Notes under the pieces: generated by a model
Told to the model about the DNA's origin: nothing
Databases searched by the model: none
Seen by the model: the letters and a program-made list of their open reading frames with translations, nothing else
Translations under genes and position numbers: made by a program
Assembly: GCA_038496445.1 (NCBI GenBank)
Contig: JALMLS010000355.1
Span: 1 to 64,000, forward strand
Source: Trichosphaerium sp. ATCC 40318
Lineage: Eukaryota > Protista > Tubulinea
DNA length: 64,000 nt
Direction of reading: 5' to 3'
Part shown: positions 24,948-39,888 of the stretch, one piece after another
How the letters are laid out: each line of letters starts with the position of its first letter
Numbering within the stretch: the stretch's first letter is position 1

Positions 24948-27900
24948 ATGTCACTGTCAATAAACGGACTACAAGAATTGGATAAAAAGGCCAGACGGAA
25001 TAGAAAAAGGCGCTTAGACCAATCACAACGCGTGTTGAAAGCGAATAAGCGATTAAAATCAGTTATACATGTTCCTCCAACCTCAACACTTGTACGTACT
25101 TCAATTTAGGTTAAAATGAGCTCTTCAACATCACTAGTAACTCGTAGGATATATCTTAACTCTTTGTAGATAAAGAAACAAGCGTCAATTCGAGAAGAGA
25201 ACAAAAATCCTTCAATCCTCGATAATACTCTCGAATACAATCCTGAAATAAAGTCTAGCGCTATCATCGCCGACAAAGATTACAGTATCACAGAAAAAAG
25301 CAATGGTGTTTCCACTGACGCAACGTCTCAAAAAGGTAAGTATTGGTTCCTTATTTTAATCCTTTTGTTTGCTTCATTACAAGCGGTGTGAACATTGATG
25401 CTTCTTCTTTCTAACTGGATGGTTCCCACAGTTTGACGTAGTGTCAAGACATCTTACCAATTTTGCGCTTAGCACGTGATTTAATCTGACTTCTGTTCGT
25501 AGAAAATGATAAAATAGAATTGTATCGGGATTTTGATGTTTCTGCCTCACCTGAAGATCATATATCCATTGTAAGAGAAATACTATTATTCAGAGCTTTG
25601 CAAGTACCTGAATGTATGTTCATACGGACGTTTACAAGGAACTACGTTAAGATGTCAAGTCAGGCTTTTCAACTTTTTAAGCCTTATTTGTATGATAAAG
25701 TATGTATCTTTACAGTCAATCAGCTAGTGTTTTGTTCATAACGCCGATCTAATACTTACGTTTTCGTAGGAACTTATAGAAATGACGATATCACGTGGTA
25801 TAAGATGTATCACATTCACAAAACAGTCAGTGACGACTTGTATTGATATGTTATTTCTGCTATCGAAAAATGGTATGTTTATGGCTAAGCTGTTTACCTC
25901 TTATTAGTCTTTATTCTAATATAAAAATGCTTACACTCTACTTTAGATGAAACAGCAGATCATATAGTGGCTTCTGGAGGTGTCGGATTTCTAGTAAATT
26001 GTATTGCTACTTTCGGAGCAAGTGCAACAATTCTAAAACAATCCTTCAAAGTGTTATGCAACTTGGCAATTCATGATGATATTGAATCTAAGATAGTTCG
26101 GTCTGGTATCATAAAACTAGTAATAGATGCTATGTTACGTCATAAAAATAACGTGAAATTGCTCTTAGAAGCATGTGCGCTGATAAACAACCTCGCCTAT
26201 CAAAGTACGGACCGCCTCTTTAAACTATTTTTTTTAGCTCTCCGAGTCATATCTACGTTCATTTTATAACGTTTTTGTAGCATATCACAAGACGCTGATA
26301 GCCAGAGAGGGTGGAGTGGAAGCAGTAGTAGTTGCTATGAGAAATCATGCCAAAAATGTCGATCTTCAAATCCACGCTTGTTATGTCATCAGAGCGCTAG
26401 CCAGCTTTGAATCAAATCAACTTTGGATAAGCGAGTGTGGAGGTGTTAGAGCCATTATTAAAGCGATGGATACACATGACGATATTGAGTTACAAATAGA
26501 AGCTTGCAGTTCGCTATGGAACATTGGAAAACATCGTATGTACAAGTCGTACCTGTTCATGCTTTTTCTCACATTTTTCTTAGCTGATACAAAACTTAAA
26601 ATTGCGACCTGTGGTGGGATGTATAGCGTACTCAAAGCACTTGATAAATATACAAACTCTAAAAAACTTCAATTAAAAGCGCTTGGAGCGCTTGGGATGC
26701 TAGTTTATGACAATGGTATGTTGTATACCTGACCAGAAGAAGAACTTACCGCCCTTTTTAGAAGACAACAAAAGACTCCTTGCAGAGTTGGGTGGTGTTG
26801 TATCGATAGTGAAAGCAATGGAAAGACATATAGATGATCATGAAATACAAGCAAAAGCTTGTATCGCACTCTGTAACTTAGCTATAAATGGTACACAGCA
26901 CAGTTTAGTTGTTTCCACACTAACAAGTTTTAGATGCTCTTGAAAAGGTAATAGGTGTAGTATCTGGTATCAAGCGTATCCTAGAAGCTATGAGGCGTCA
27001 TCCTACACGCCCTAGGCTTCAATTAGAAGCTTGTGAAGCGCTCCATAATCTATCGTATTCAGGTATGTTGCAAGTTGCAAGAGTAAACAACAATAGCATT
27101 GTTCTTACTTTCTTAAGAACAAAACTTGGTACCCATAGTCGAGGAAGGTGGTATTGTTTGTTTGTGTAATACAATGATGATTCTCATTGATAAGATGCAA
27201 ATTCAGAAAGTAGTTTTAGAAATATTCAAAAACTTAGCTGCCAGCCGTAAGTTTAGTTTTTTTCTTCAAGATTTTTATAAAAATGAGCTTACATTTTGTT
27301 TAGATGATGTTGCGGTTATGTTACTTGCTTCCGATTGTATGAGTTGTATAATGAAATCTATGATGAGATGGCAATGTATGCCAGTATGCTACTTGGCGCT
27401 ATCTGTTCTTACAAAGCTGGCTCAGTGTCCTGGTACGAAATCACTTTAGTGGATAGTTTGATTTTTACTTATATGTCTCTTCTAATTAGGCTTGCGTGTT
27501 GTTATGCCTTTTGTTAACTCAGGTTGCCTATTGTATATATACGATATGTCTCAGAATGCAAAGATACCCATAAGGAAGAAAGCTTCAGACTCTATCGCTT
27601 CCCTTGTTCAGTTTGGTACGTTGTTCAACAACAACTCAAATAGTTTGTTGTACTAACACATGTTCTAGTTGGTGACATTATTGTCGAAATCAATAAAGAA
27701 AAGGATAAAAATAAGATGATGAATCAAGCCATCGCCATTGCTATTTTAATGAAACGTGCTGGAACAACAAAAGGTATAATTCAAAAAAAAAACATCTTGA
27801 GTTTATCAGTCACTATTTGCTTACTCCTTGTGTAGTATTTCAAGATGTTACAGCAACACCTGTTATTAGAATATTATGTCAACTGTTGAAAACAAAGAAG

Positions 27901-28814
27901 CACAGATTCATAGCCATGGATCATTTACAGAACATGATTAAAACATTTGTTCCGTTCAAACCACAACTAGTTTGGCCTATAACAGGTAACTATTACCCCG
28001 GTATAGCTTCTGTAGACACAGCCCAATCTAACCTTTCTGATAGCAACTAATTATGAGTTTGCTGAATTCTTTGATAACCCTGACGTTGCTGATGTTACGT
28101 TCATTGTTGAAGGTAAGAAATATCTTGATTTGTTGTGATTTGTTTCTGACTGTATTAAAGATAAGAAAATACACGCTTCAAAAGTTATATTAGCAGCACG
28201 TTCAGAGTATTTTACAAAGCTGTTGTTAAATTCAGGTACGTACAATTGATTTTAAGACCCTTGAAAAGATAATTAACTGTTGCTAGGTATGAGAGAAAGC
28301 ACAACAAATGGAGACGTGGCCATTGGGGATATAAGCTATGAAGACTTTTACTGTGTTCTCAAGTTTGTTTACACAAATCAAAAGACCTTTACCGATGCTG
28401 ATCAAGCTGCTAACATGCTTGTTTACGCCGATAGATTCCAAGTACAACATTTAAAGGTACGTGAATAGTGCGAAAAACAATCCGATTTTTTTCTTACTCT
28501 TTTTTTTGTAGATTGCTAGTGAAACCTTCTTACTCAAACACGTTATGTTGAGTACAGTTAAAGAACTATTTTTTATATCCACACGAGTGGACGCAAAAAG
28601 GTTATTGGCAACTTGTATACAATGGGTTTTTGTCAACTTTTTTACAATGTGGTTAAAGAAAGAAGGCAAAAAAATACTGGAAGAAATAATTACAATGGAA
28701 GACTTTGGGGAGGCTGTAGAACATCACATGAAGACTTCACCTATAGCAATACAAACAAATAGACAATCTCTGGTGGATAGGTTGGGATTTTTGAACAGAA
28801 GGGTCATGAGATGA
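24948..28814 (+). CDS. Armadillo-repeat + C-terminal BTB/POZ protein
   Basis: About 9 ARM repeats (GGV.avv.AM..H....lQ..AC.al.NLa); BTB ADVTFIVE|DKKIHASKVILAARSEYFTKLL..GMRES..F..VLKFVYT. About 17 GT-AG introns. Confidence 0.88.
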
Positions 28815-29104
28815 GTCACAGAGAAGTTTCTCCGTTACAAAATAAAAGTTTACTCCACAACAGAAGTGTTCTTTAATTTGTTTGTTAAACGTTATCATTA
28901 CCAAGTTAGGTTATATTGTATATACACATTGGTATCATTGCTTTTGATACAGTGGGTTTGGAGGAAGTAGACTTGTAAGTTACATCAAGACATCTTTTTT
29001 TCTGATTGTTTGGTTTTTTCTTTCGTTTTCTTGCTTAACCGACGGAGAAATGTTCAATTTGGATACAATTCTATGAAAAATAAAAGCGACAGACCCTGGC
29101 TTCA

Positions 29105-30630
29105 ATGAGAATATCACACTTGCTCTTCGTTCTTGCTGTTTGTTTGAGTATTGTAAGGAGTAACAACTACGATCCTCACGTCGCACATACCACGGGACCA
29201 TGGTTTGAGGGTTGGTACAATAGGTAACGCGCTTTGGTAGAAAAAAAGCTTAAAAGACTCAAATAGGATCGTCGACGCTAAAAATGGACGCTCCATGGCT
29301 GTAGTAGTTGCTAGCTTATGTACTACCGGAAAAATATGTCAACAAGATCAAAACTTGCCAGGTATTCACTAAAAACCACCCTAAACGATCTCCGGGTTGT
29401 CTAAATTCGTATAGGACTCGTTTCGGTCGGAGTACAATTAAACCGAACAGGCGAGCTCGTTTTCTACGATGAGTTTCCTGAGCAGGTCAGTATTCTAGTA
29501 GACGGTAAACCACCACTACAGGAGCCAGGTGAGTATTGATTTTTGAACATAAGTCAAAGAGAATTCTCGAAAAAAAGCGAAAAGTTTGTGGTTTGTTGAA
29601 GCTTACTTGCTCCTTTTTAGACTTCTCTTCTCCTCCAAATTTTACATGGTCATCTCAAGATAATGGCTACTTTACTCCTACATCAATAAGTCTTCGCTTA
29701 AGCACACATGACTTGGAGTACGCTAAAAAACAACAAACAAAAACCTTTGTCGTGTTTTAACATTTCCTCGCTTAGGATAACTGCTGAGTTTTCTGAACCT
29801 GTTTTCTGGAACCCTAATAACCCAGGAGAAGGTCCTGAAGGTATTTATTATTTTCAAGCTATAGTTTAAAGCGCATGTTACTAATATCTTCAAGGTGGTG
29901 TAATGATGTTACCTTTACAACAACACTGGTTTGTCTACAGTCTTTCCAGCGCAACGACATATACCCTACGTATTGGAGACTCTTATTATAAAGGAACAGG
30001 ATTGACACATCAAGAGAAAAATTGGGGATCGTCATTTCCAAAGGGCTGGGTTAGTCTTGAAAAAGCCAGTGGAAAGATTAACTAAAACGATTGTTAAGGT
30101 TTGGGCTCAGGGTATGTCTGATGATGGAAATAGTAAGGTTGTTGTATCGGGCGGAGAAGTGCCTGTAGGACCTGTAACGGTAACAGCATGGTTGATAGGA
30201 TACAGATCTGAAAAACTAAGCTGGAACTTCAGGTTCTTGAAAAACATCAATTAAACTACCTTTAACAAAGTACTCTAGGCCACAGTCCTTGGAAATCGCA
30301 ACTGCAAATCATACATCTTGCAGTGGGTTTTTCTCTATCAAAGCTTTACAATTGAATAAAATGCTTGAAATCACGTGCGTAATTGAGACCTACATTTGTA
30401 CAAAAAAGAAAATGGCTTTTCTTACTTTTTTCCTCTTTAGAATGCAAGCGCCTAGAGATACTTTTGCAGGAATTGCTGCTCCTTACACCACTGGATATAT
30501 TCACGACGCAGCTTTTGAATCTTATTCTACAATAACTGTAGCAAAGGCTTATGAAAATGGAGAACTTATCGATCAGATTGAGTTAAAAGGAGCTGCACTT
30601 GAGTTTGGTGGTGAATGGAAGTGTAAATAG
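29105..30630 (+). CDS. Secreted tocopherol-cyclase-like protein
   Basis: Signal peptide MRISHLLFVLAVCLSIVRS; PWFEGWYNR; HQEKNWGSSFPKGW|VWAQG; AALEFGG C-terminus. Confidence 0.75.
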
Positions 30631-32124
30631 TCACCTCAAACAAAACCTGTTTGGAACAACATAAATACAACCCAATTAAAGATGTTATCTGCGATTAATA
30701 TCACTTATGTGTTTGTGACAAGTCAACCAACACAATGTCATAGTCAAAATCTAGTGTTTTTTCATCATACCAATGTCGCTTGTCGTAAACACGCAGTTCA
30801 TGTTGATGAGAACCTGTTAAGTCTGATGATGCCCTTTTGGTTTATATGTACCGTAATGGCGTAGAGTACGTACTTAATGAGCCCACATAGCACTAAACGC
30901 TACATAGTGCGTAAGAAGCAAAAAAGGTGCGATCATATAAATCCTATTAAAAGCCTTCTCAAGCACTACTTTCGCTTATATGCTAATTACGTTAACCAGC
31001 ACCATTGGTTATTCTTTTTATGCTCTGTTTGGTTTCTCCACGTGTACAGAAAGCGCGTTAGACGGTGCCAAACCGAAAAGATAACGGCCCAAGGAGTACG
31101 CATACATGCTAATGCCGTTGTAAAAAATCGTTCTTAGCTATCTAATTTTTGAACACGTGCTTTTCATTCTTGATACAGAATTTGTCTAGCATCTGGTTAG
31201 GCGCATTAAAAATTCTCTATTGGAGTACTCGGACGCGCATCACGGTTGGTGGCAAATGAATCAAGCAGATTTAACAGACTTATTTCGTCAAAGGCGTAGC
31301 TTCGTTGTGTTTGCCTAAAATAGTAAAGATGATCTATGAAGCGTTTAAACGCAAGCGAAGCAATATGGAAGCAGACTATCGACAACATTTTTTCATACCA
31401 GATTACAATAACAATACACAAAAACTGCGATCACAATAACCACTTTCCTTCTCCGTCGTGTTAACACGATACAAAGGCATAGTAATACATGTCATTTTTT
31501 ACATTTTTACAAACGAACAAGCAGAGCTAGCGCAGATTCAAGGGCGAAGTGCAAGCTATCTTTGGGCCTTCTAAACCGAATGAGGAAGCTGTCGCTCAAG
31601 AACAAAAGTCCTCGCTTTCTAATTTATTTAAAATTTGAGTGAGTTCAAAGACACCTAAATTGTTGTTATAGAGAACAACATGGCCGTGTTTCTACATAAA
31701 CGAGAAACGAGAAATTTCGCAAGTAAGTAACTTGACACTTCTTTTTAGAAAAGAAGCTCAACTCTATATTCTTTTCTTCGGTTTTTTGGTTTGAGTTACA
31801 CCTGTAAGGATTAAGCTGTCGCTTCCCCTCACGTGTTATTTTTTGGAAGCACAAAAACCGATGAAATCTGGGTGTACATTAAATTTTTTGATCTATTTGT
31901 CGATACCTCAGGCTGGTTACTAACCAAGAGGTTTTAAACAATTGGTATGAACTTGTTTAGGAAGTTTACAGAATTTATGTGAATGTGTGTGCCACCCGTT
32001 ATTTCTCGAAGCTGTAAATGGGTTGTAAGAAATTGATAAAGAAGTTTACAGTGCAAATGTGAATGCGTGTACTTCCGTTATGTCTCTTAGTTTTTAAAAG
32101 CTTACAACAGAAGAACATCAAAGG

Positions 32125-33835
<1,711 letters not shown>

Positions 33836-33970
33836 ACACGTGAACAATAAAGTACTTCAGTTTACACCCAATCGTAAACCTGAAGTTTCTCAGAATATCA
33901 TGTATTGTTTAGTTATTAGCGGATAGCCGCCTACTATTTTATTGTACAAGTTACTTTAACATTCCATCGT

Positions 33971-34931
33971 TTATTGTATAAGTGAGAAATCATCTACTTT
34001 GTCATATGCAGTTATAGATAGTAATGAATCCTGTAACAAACATAAGTACTTAAGAGAGCGTGATATTGCAAAAATTGTGTTGATTTTTACCTTGTTTTTT
34101 AAAGCAAGTTCAATGACATCACCAACATCACCATCATCTACAATACTAATCATAACTTTTCCTACTGGATGATAATACTCGAAATCCTTTAAATCAGACG
34201 AATTTAGTTTTAAACAGCAATAGGTGTTGAACCACATAATGTTTGCATCCGCTAGTAAACAAATAAGTGTTAATAATTCCAAGTGGCTAAAAAGGAAGAG
34301 GGCGTACTGTTTATCTTTAAAATATAATTTTTGTCATGGTATTTCAGTAAAACATCACAAGTCTGCTTCAAAAGTGTTGGAGGTATGCTACTTGTGATAA
34401 TTGGTGATGTTGATACTGGCCGTTGAGGTGTTGCAGAAGGAAACGAGCCAACTGATAGGTTAGTTGAATGAATTGAACTTGTAGCGAGTGATGTCCTTTG
34501 ACGTTGAGCTGGCCTTTGGGCTTCAGGTCCCTGATCTGGTTCTACACGTGCTCGTTTTGATATTTTTCTTGCTGTGGTTGGGACAAGGCTATTGTAGTCA
34601 CCCAACTTACCCCGGTAGGGCAAAGTAAGTATGGAACATACAATACTTTCATCTGTTTGATGTGCATTAAAGCCTTCAACATTTGAACAATCAGCAATGA
34701 TGTCTTCCACCTCTCGTTGAATAGAAATCGAATAGCGTCTTAATTTTTCTCTTAAGATTCTGCGTGTGACATCATGTCTCCAAGTAGTTGCCAAATAATC
34801 AAGCAATGCTTGTGCGTTTGCCAAAAAACTAAAAGAAGACTTAGTAAAAAAAAAACTGCATTTATGTCACGTGATTCGGTTGGTTTTTTTATTTTGTTTT
34901 GTTTACAACGCACGTTGTTTTGGTCTGCCAT
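33971..34931 (-). CDS. PB1-domain family protein, copy 2
   Basis: MADQNN|FLANAQ.. novel N-domain, S/T/P linker, then CDVLLKYHDKNYILKIN|TDANIMWF..FEYYHPVGKVMISIVDDGDVGDVIELA (PB1/OPCA-like). Confidence 0.7.
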
Positions 34932-35931
34932 GTAGCACGTAAATCGTTGGGGTCTTGCAGAATACGGAAAATATGTACCAATAAATGTCCTTTGCCTTTG
35001 CCCCTTTATTATATTTAAGGGGGCTGCTCCCTTAAGACTGGTAATCAAAAAAATGTAAAAACTTACCGGTGGCGTACAGGTCTATTTCTTGGTGGATCTA
35101 AGATTTGAATGTTGCTCATAATTTCTAGAGATGCAGTGTCGTATAGTATCAATAGGTTAACTTGGACTTTGAAAGAGTAAGAAAAAGTCAAAAAGAAGCA
35201 CATTATGGACCGTTTATTAAACGTGTTCTGTTCGAATTCTGTTCGAAATTTTTTTTTGATGCTAACACTTAACTAACGGCTGGGCTTTTATTGAACGAAG
35301 TGCGGGTTCTTGTACTGAGGAAGTGAGCGGACCCAAAGGAACATCATAGGTGCCGTCCCACATTTTCGAACAGCTTTGGTATTCATTTAAGTTCTTCTCT
35401 TCGGAGTACAAGCAATATTCAAGCTCCCACAAGTCATGATATTACAATTCGTTCAAGGGAAACTTTCGAACATTGTTAAGTTCTTCTGGTTTTTTTTACA
35501 TCTTTTTTTCTTCTGGTTCGAATTTGTGTTTATCCTTGTTCACTATTTGTACTGCACAATACAGCGCCAATTAGATCTTAGGAAGGACATAGGGTCATCA
35601 TGCCTTTGTGGATATGACGTAACAATAGAAGAATGTAACAGAAAACCCACCGAAATTGAAATGCCTTAAACATACAATATGATAGATCGTGTGTGAAGCC
35701 CAATTCAAAGAGACGTTACCACCTGTCAAATGCATGTATAATATATTTTACCACTTTAGTGGCAAATCCTCTGGTTAACCAAAGACCAATATGTCCTAAC
35801 TAAACCTGTCATGACAACATTAACATTCCACAACAAAAAATACTAGATATTTACATCCATTTACCAAAAAACAAATGAGATCAAAAACAAAACAGTTGGT
35901 TGTTACCAACTATTTTCTTTACTAATTTTAT

Positions 35932-36588
35932 TCAAACACTCTGAATTATTTGTACATTATTAGAATAGATACAATGATAGACCAGGACACCATTTTCATT
36001 CCACTCCCTGTACTCTCCTTCAAGTATATTGTTCACAAAAATAAAACACTCCTGCAATTGTCCGTTATCATGCCATACCTTGTACTCTCCATGCTTTTTT
36101 CCTCCAACGTAATTACCCTGCTCTGACAGCTTTCCATTTCTATACCAACACTTGTATTCACCTTCTTTTATGTCATTGACAAAGTGACAAAGTGCATACA
36201 AGGTACCATTGTCAAAAAAGTAGTTGTGCTCGCCATCACGTTTACCATTGGCATAATAGCATTGTTCGAGTAATTTACCATTACTACGCCACTTTTTATA
36301 CTCTCCATGACGTAATCCATGGCTCCAATAGATCTGTTGTACTATTTTAGACCGTTTAAATTCTTTTTTGATCCATTTCCCTTGTTTATTAAACTCGTCA
36401 TCAAACCTTGTTGTAACAGCTGTGTTTTTTGATAAACAAGGCCACTTTACATAAACATCATAGTCATAATCGACTATTGTAAACTGTAGCTCCAGTGGAA
36501 GTCTTAGAAGAAGACAATAGACAGTATTCATAAATGATAGTAACTTATTTGAATGAAGCAACAGAATTCGCAAGACTATTTCAACCAT
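35932..36588 (-). CDS. F-box + MORN-variant repeat protein, single exon
   Basis: LLRLPLELQFTIV plus about 6 repeats G.YK.W..NG.L. Paralog of 4591..5754. Confidence 0.85.
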   Translation of the reverse strand: MVEIVLRILLLHSNKLLSFMNTVYCLLLRLPLELQFTIVDYDYDVYVKWPCLSKNTAVTTRFDDEFNKQGKWIKKEFKRSKIVQQIYWSHGLRHGEYKKWRSNGKLLEQCYYANGKRDGEHNYFFDNGTLYALCHFVNDIKEGEYKCWYRNGKLSEQGNYVGGKKHGEYKVWHDNGQLQECFIFVNNILEGEYREWNENGVLVYHCIYSNNVQIIQSV

Positions 36589-36750
36589 GTGTTAAAATCA
36601 CGTGGGAGCTAAATAAGAGCTTGGACATAGTGAATCTTTAGATTACTCTAACTCCTACAAAACTAAGACCTCATAGGATAGTAACCTTATTCTTGCTTTG
36701 TCTATAACTAGTTTATTGTGACATCAACTTCACATTCACCGTTCTACCAT

Positions 36751-37849
36751 TTATTGTCTTAGTGAAAAGTCATCGACTTTATCATACGCAGTTATAGATA
36801 ATAACGAATCCTACAAAGCAACAAATAAGATCAGTGTGGTGTACTTTCAAAAATGGTGTTGTGCTGATGTTTACCTTGTTTTTTAAAGCAAGTTCAATGA
36901 CATCACCAACATCACCATCATCTACAATACCAACCATAACTTTTCCTACTGGATGATAATACTCAAAATCCTTTAAATCGCGCCAATTTAGCTTTAAACA
37001 GCAATAGGTGTTGAACCACATAATATTTGCATCCGCTAGTAAACAAAATAAGCGTCGGTCATTCCATGACTTGTTAGGAACAAGAATGGTGTAATGGGGG
37101 CGTACTGTTTAACTTTAAAATGTAATTCTTGTTGTGGTATTTCAGTAAAACATCACAAGTTGGCTTTAGAAGCTTTGGAGGTGTGCCGCTCATGGTCGCA
37201 ATATTTGGTGATGGTGCTAAAAAAATAGGTGCAGCGAATCCCAGCTGTTCTACTGTTGGTGAGCTTTGGACTGTTACAGGTGAACTGCCTATGTTTGTCG
37301 CATTTGGTACTGCATAAGAAAGAAATGAGCCAATTGATGGATTAGTTGAACGTATTAAACTTGTAGAGGGTGATGTCCTTTGACGTTGAGCTGGCCTTTG
37401 GGCTTCAGGTCTCTGATTTGGTTCTACACGTGCTCGTTTTGAGGTGTTTCTTGCTGTGGTTGGGACAAGGCTATTGTAGTCACCCAAATTGCAATCGCGA
37501 GACAAAGTTAGTATGGAACATACAATACTTTCATCTGTTTGATGTGCATTAAAGCCTTCAACATTTGAACAATCAGCAATGATGTCTTCCACCTCTCGTT
37601 GAATAGAAATCGAATAGCGTCTCAGCTTGGCTCTTAAAATATCACGTGTGACATCATGTCTCCAAGTAGTTGCCAAATGATCAAGCAATGCTTGCCTGTT
37701 TGCCCAAAAACTAATAAAGCAATTAGAAACTGGTTTATTGTAACGTGATTACTTTTTTTTTTCAAACTAACCGTTAGTTCACATGTTCATGTGTCGGTTA
37801 TTTTGTTATTTTGATTTTATTTTATACGCACGTTGTATTGGTCTGCCAC
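36751..37849 (-). CDS. PB1-domain family protein, copy 3 (start codon reads GTG; possible pseudogene)
   Basis: Highly similar to copy 2 with a longer linker and the same three intron positions. The ATG-equivalent is GTG GCA GAC CAA at 37849. Confidence 0.6.
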
Positions 37850-38628
37850 ACAGCACGTAAATCATTGGGATCTTGTAGGATGCGGAAAATATGTACCAAT
37901 AAATGTCCTTTGCCTTTGCCCCTTAGCCCATGTCAGATTTGAAGTTTTAACAACAAGTTTTATCAACAGCGAAACGTGCCTATTTCTTCTCCAATCCCTA
38001 GTTCGCTTAGCGCTCATAATTACCAGTTGCGTTTGGCGTCAACGAATGCTTCAGGATTTGTAGCAAAAACTGGTCAAACAACGAGCAATTAATTGCCCAC
38101 GACTTTTTTCAAATCTTTTGGTGTTGGCATGGATTAAGTTTTTTTGTTTGTTTTTCTTTAGTTTTAGGGTTGATGTTTATCCGCATCGCGGCACAAAAAT
38201 ATATGAACACGAGCCAGATGAGCATCACTCACGGTATTTTTTAGTAAAAGGCGAAAAAATAATACGTTCTGAGGATACTCCAGCAAGGTGAGAAAACGGT
38301 GAAAACCCAATTTCAAAATAGCATTTTCAAAAAAAAAAAGAGTGGTATACGTGTCACTGCTACGTTTAGCACTCAATAGCACTTAAAAGTACCCCTAGAT
38401 GCTACTACGGAACAAAGTTCCTGCAATGTGGAAAGATAGACAATCTTACGCTCTAAACTTGCTCACAAGGTGGTAAATACGCTGGCAGAGCACTTTGGGG
38501 TAGTACAGAACTTCAATATCTTGGGCTTAGAGAATGCAGAGTTTGTGCGCTCTCTCGCTTGGTTTTTCTTCGTTCTACACAGAACCCTACAAATTTAGAA
38601 GGACACAACTTGACTAAATTATTTAACA

Positions 38629-39669
38629 ATGCAAGGACCAGTTATTGTAGGTCACCGAGGCGCTCGCGGTATCGTAGCCGAGAATACTCTCGCAAGTATC
38701 AAAGAGGGTTTGAAATACTCCCATCGTATCGAATTCGATGTGCATCTCACTAAAGACAACCACGTACATCATTTGCAGGGTTGAAAATACAAAATGTAAC
38801 AAATCACTATTATCAACCTCCATTTTACGCTATATACTCATATTGCTCTAGATTGTTGTTATTCATGACGACACAGTTGACAGAACAACTAATGGTAGTG
38901 GCAAAGTGGGTGATATGACACTAGAGGAGCTGAGGTGCCAGAATGCGCTAATAGACGCGAACTAATGTTAACGTTAGAAAATTAGACGCTGGCGAAAAAC
39001 AACCTGTACCAACGCTAATCGAAGTACTGGAAATTATTAAAGAACGCCCAGAGATACTGATTCACTTAGAACTGAAAGGTATGCAGTGTGAAAAAAATTG
39101 TAGTCTGTTTCGCGATTTTCTCTCCTTCTCACCAATGATCAAGGTGATGGAACCGCAAAACCATGTGTAGAGCTTGTAAAGAGCATGAAAATGGAAGATC
39201 AAGTACTTTACATAAGCTTCAAGCATGACATGCTTCAAACTGTTAAAAAGTTAAATGCTTCTCTTTCAATTGGACCGTTATTTAATAGAGACGTGACCAA
39301 CGAGTTGATAACGAAAGCAAAGGTACACGCTCCATAAAAAAATCTCGTTTCTTTTTTTTTTTGATTCAATCGTCGCTCTTGCGCTTCTTTAACGTACCAA
39401 ACTAACGTCAAACAGGAGATGGGTGCTATAGAAGTTGGTGTAAACCATACACGCTGGAATGAATCCTTCATGAAGCACGCAAAGTCTCTTGGTACAACTT
39501 GAACAATTATTTCTGTATTTTATAATTTTAACACCTCTCTTTAGGCTTAAAAGTACATTGCTATACGGTTAACGCTAAGGAAGATTTTGAAAAGTGTCTT
39601 ACGCTTGGTTACGATGGTATAGTAACGGATAGACCGGATGAACTTAAAGTATTTTTATCGTCAAAATAG
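38629..39669 (+). CDS. Glycerophosphodiester phosphodiesterase (GDPD)
   Basis: [58 protein letters not shown]. Confidence 0.93.
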
Positions 39670-39888
39670 TACCAATAAATATACTCTAGTAGTGGCTGGA
39701 TACCTTGCTTTAGTCTAGTGACTTGATTTGTAAATGTTGTGGGCTATATTAAGTAAGTTGTCGCTTAGTCACTCCAGTGTACAACTGTTCGAAGCAGTGT
39801 CTATCACTTCCGCCTAGTTTTTCACATACGTGTATTGTACGAGTGTTTTTGCGTTTTTCTCAGTTGTCATTAACTAGAGTTAGATAAT

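Noticed and set aside
30877-31640. Possible small spliced gene between the cyclase and subtilisin genes
   Set aside because: No frame-consistent exon chain could be established.
35250-35650. Coding-like minus-strand stretch with in-frame stops (PEELNNVRKFPLNEL*YHDLWELEY...)
   Set aside because: Possibly a pseudogene, but there is no recognisable family and I could not build a model.
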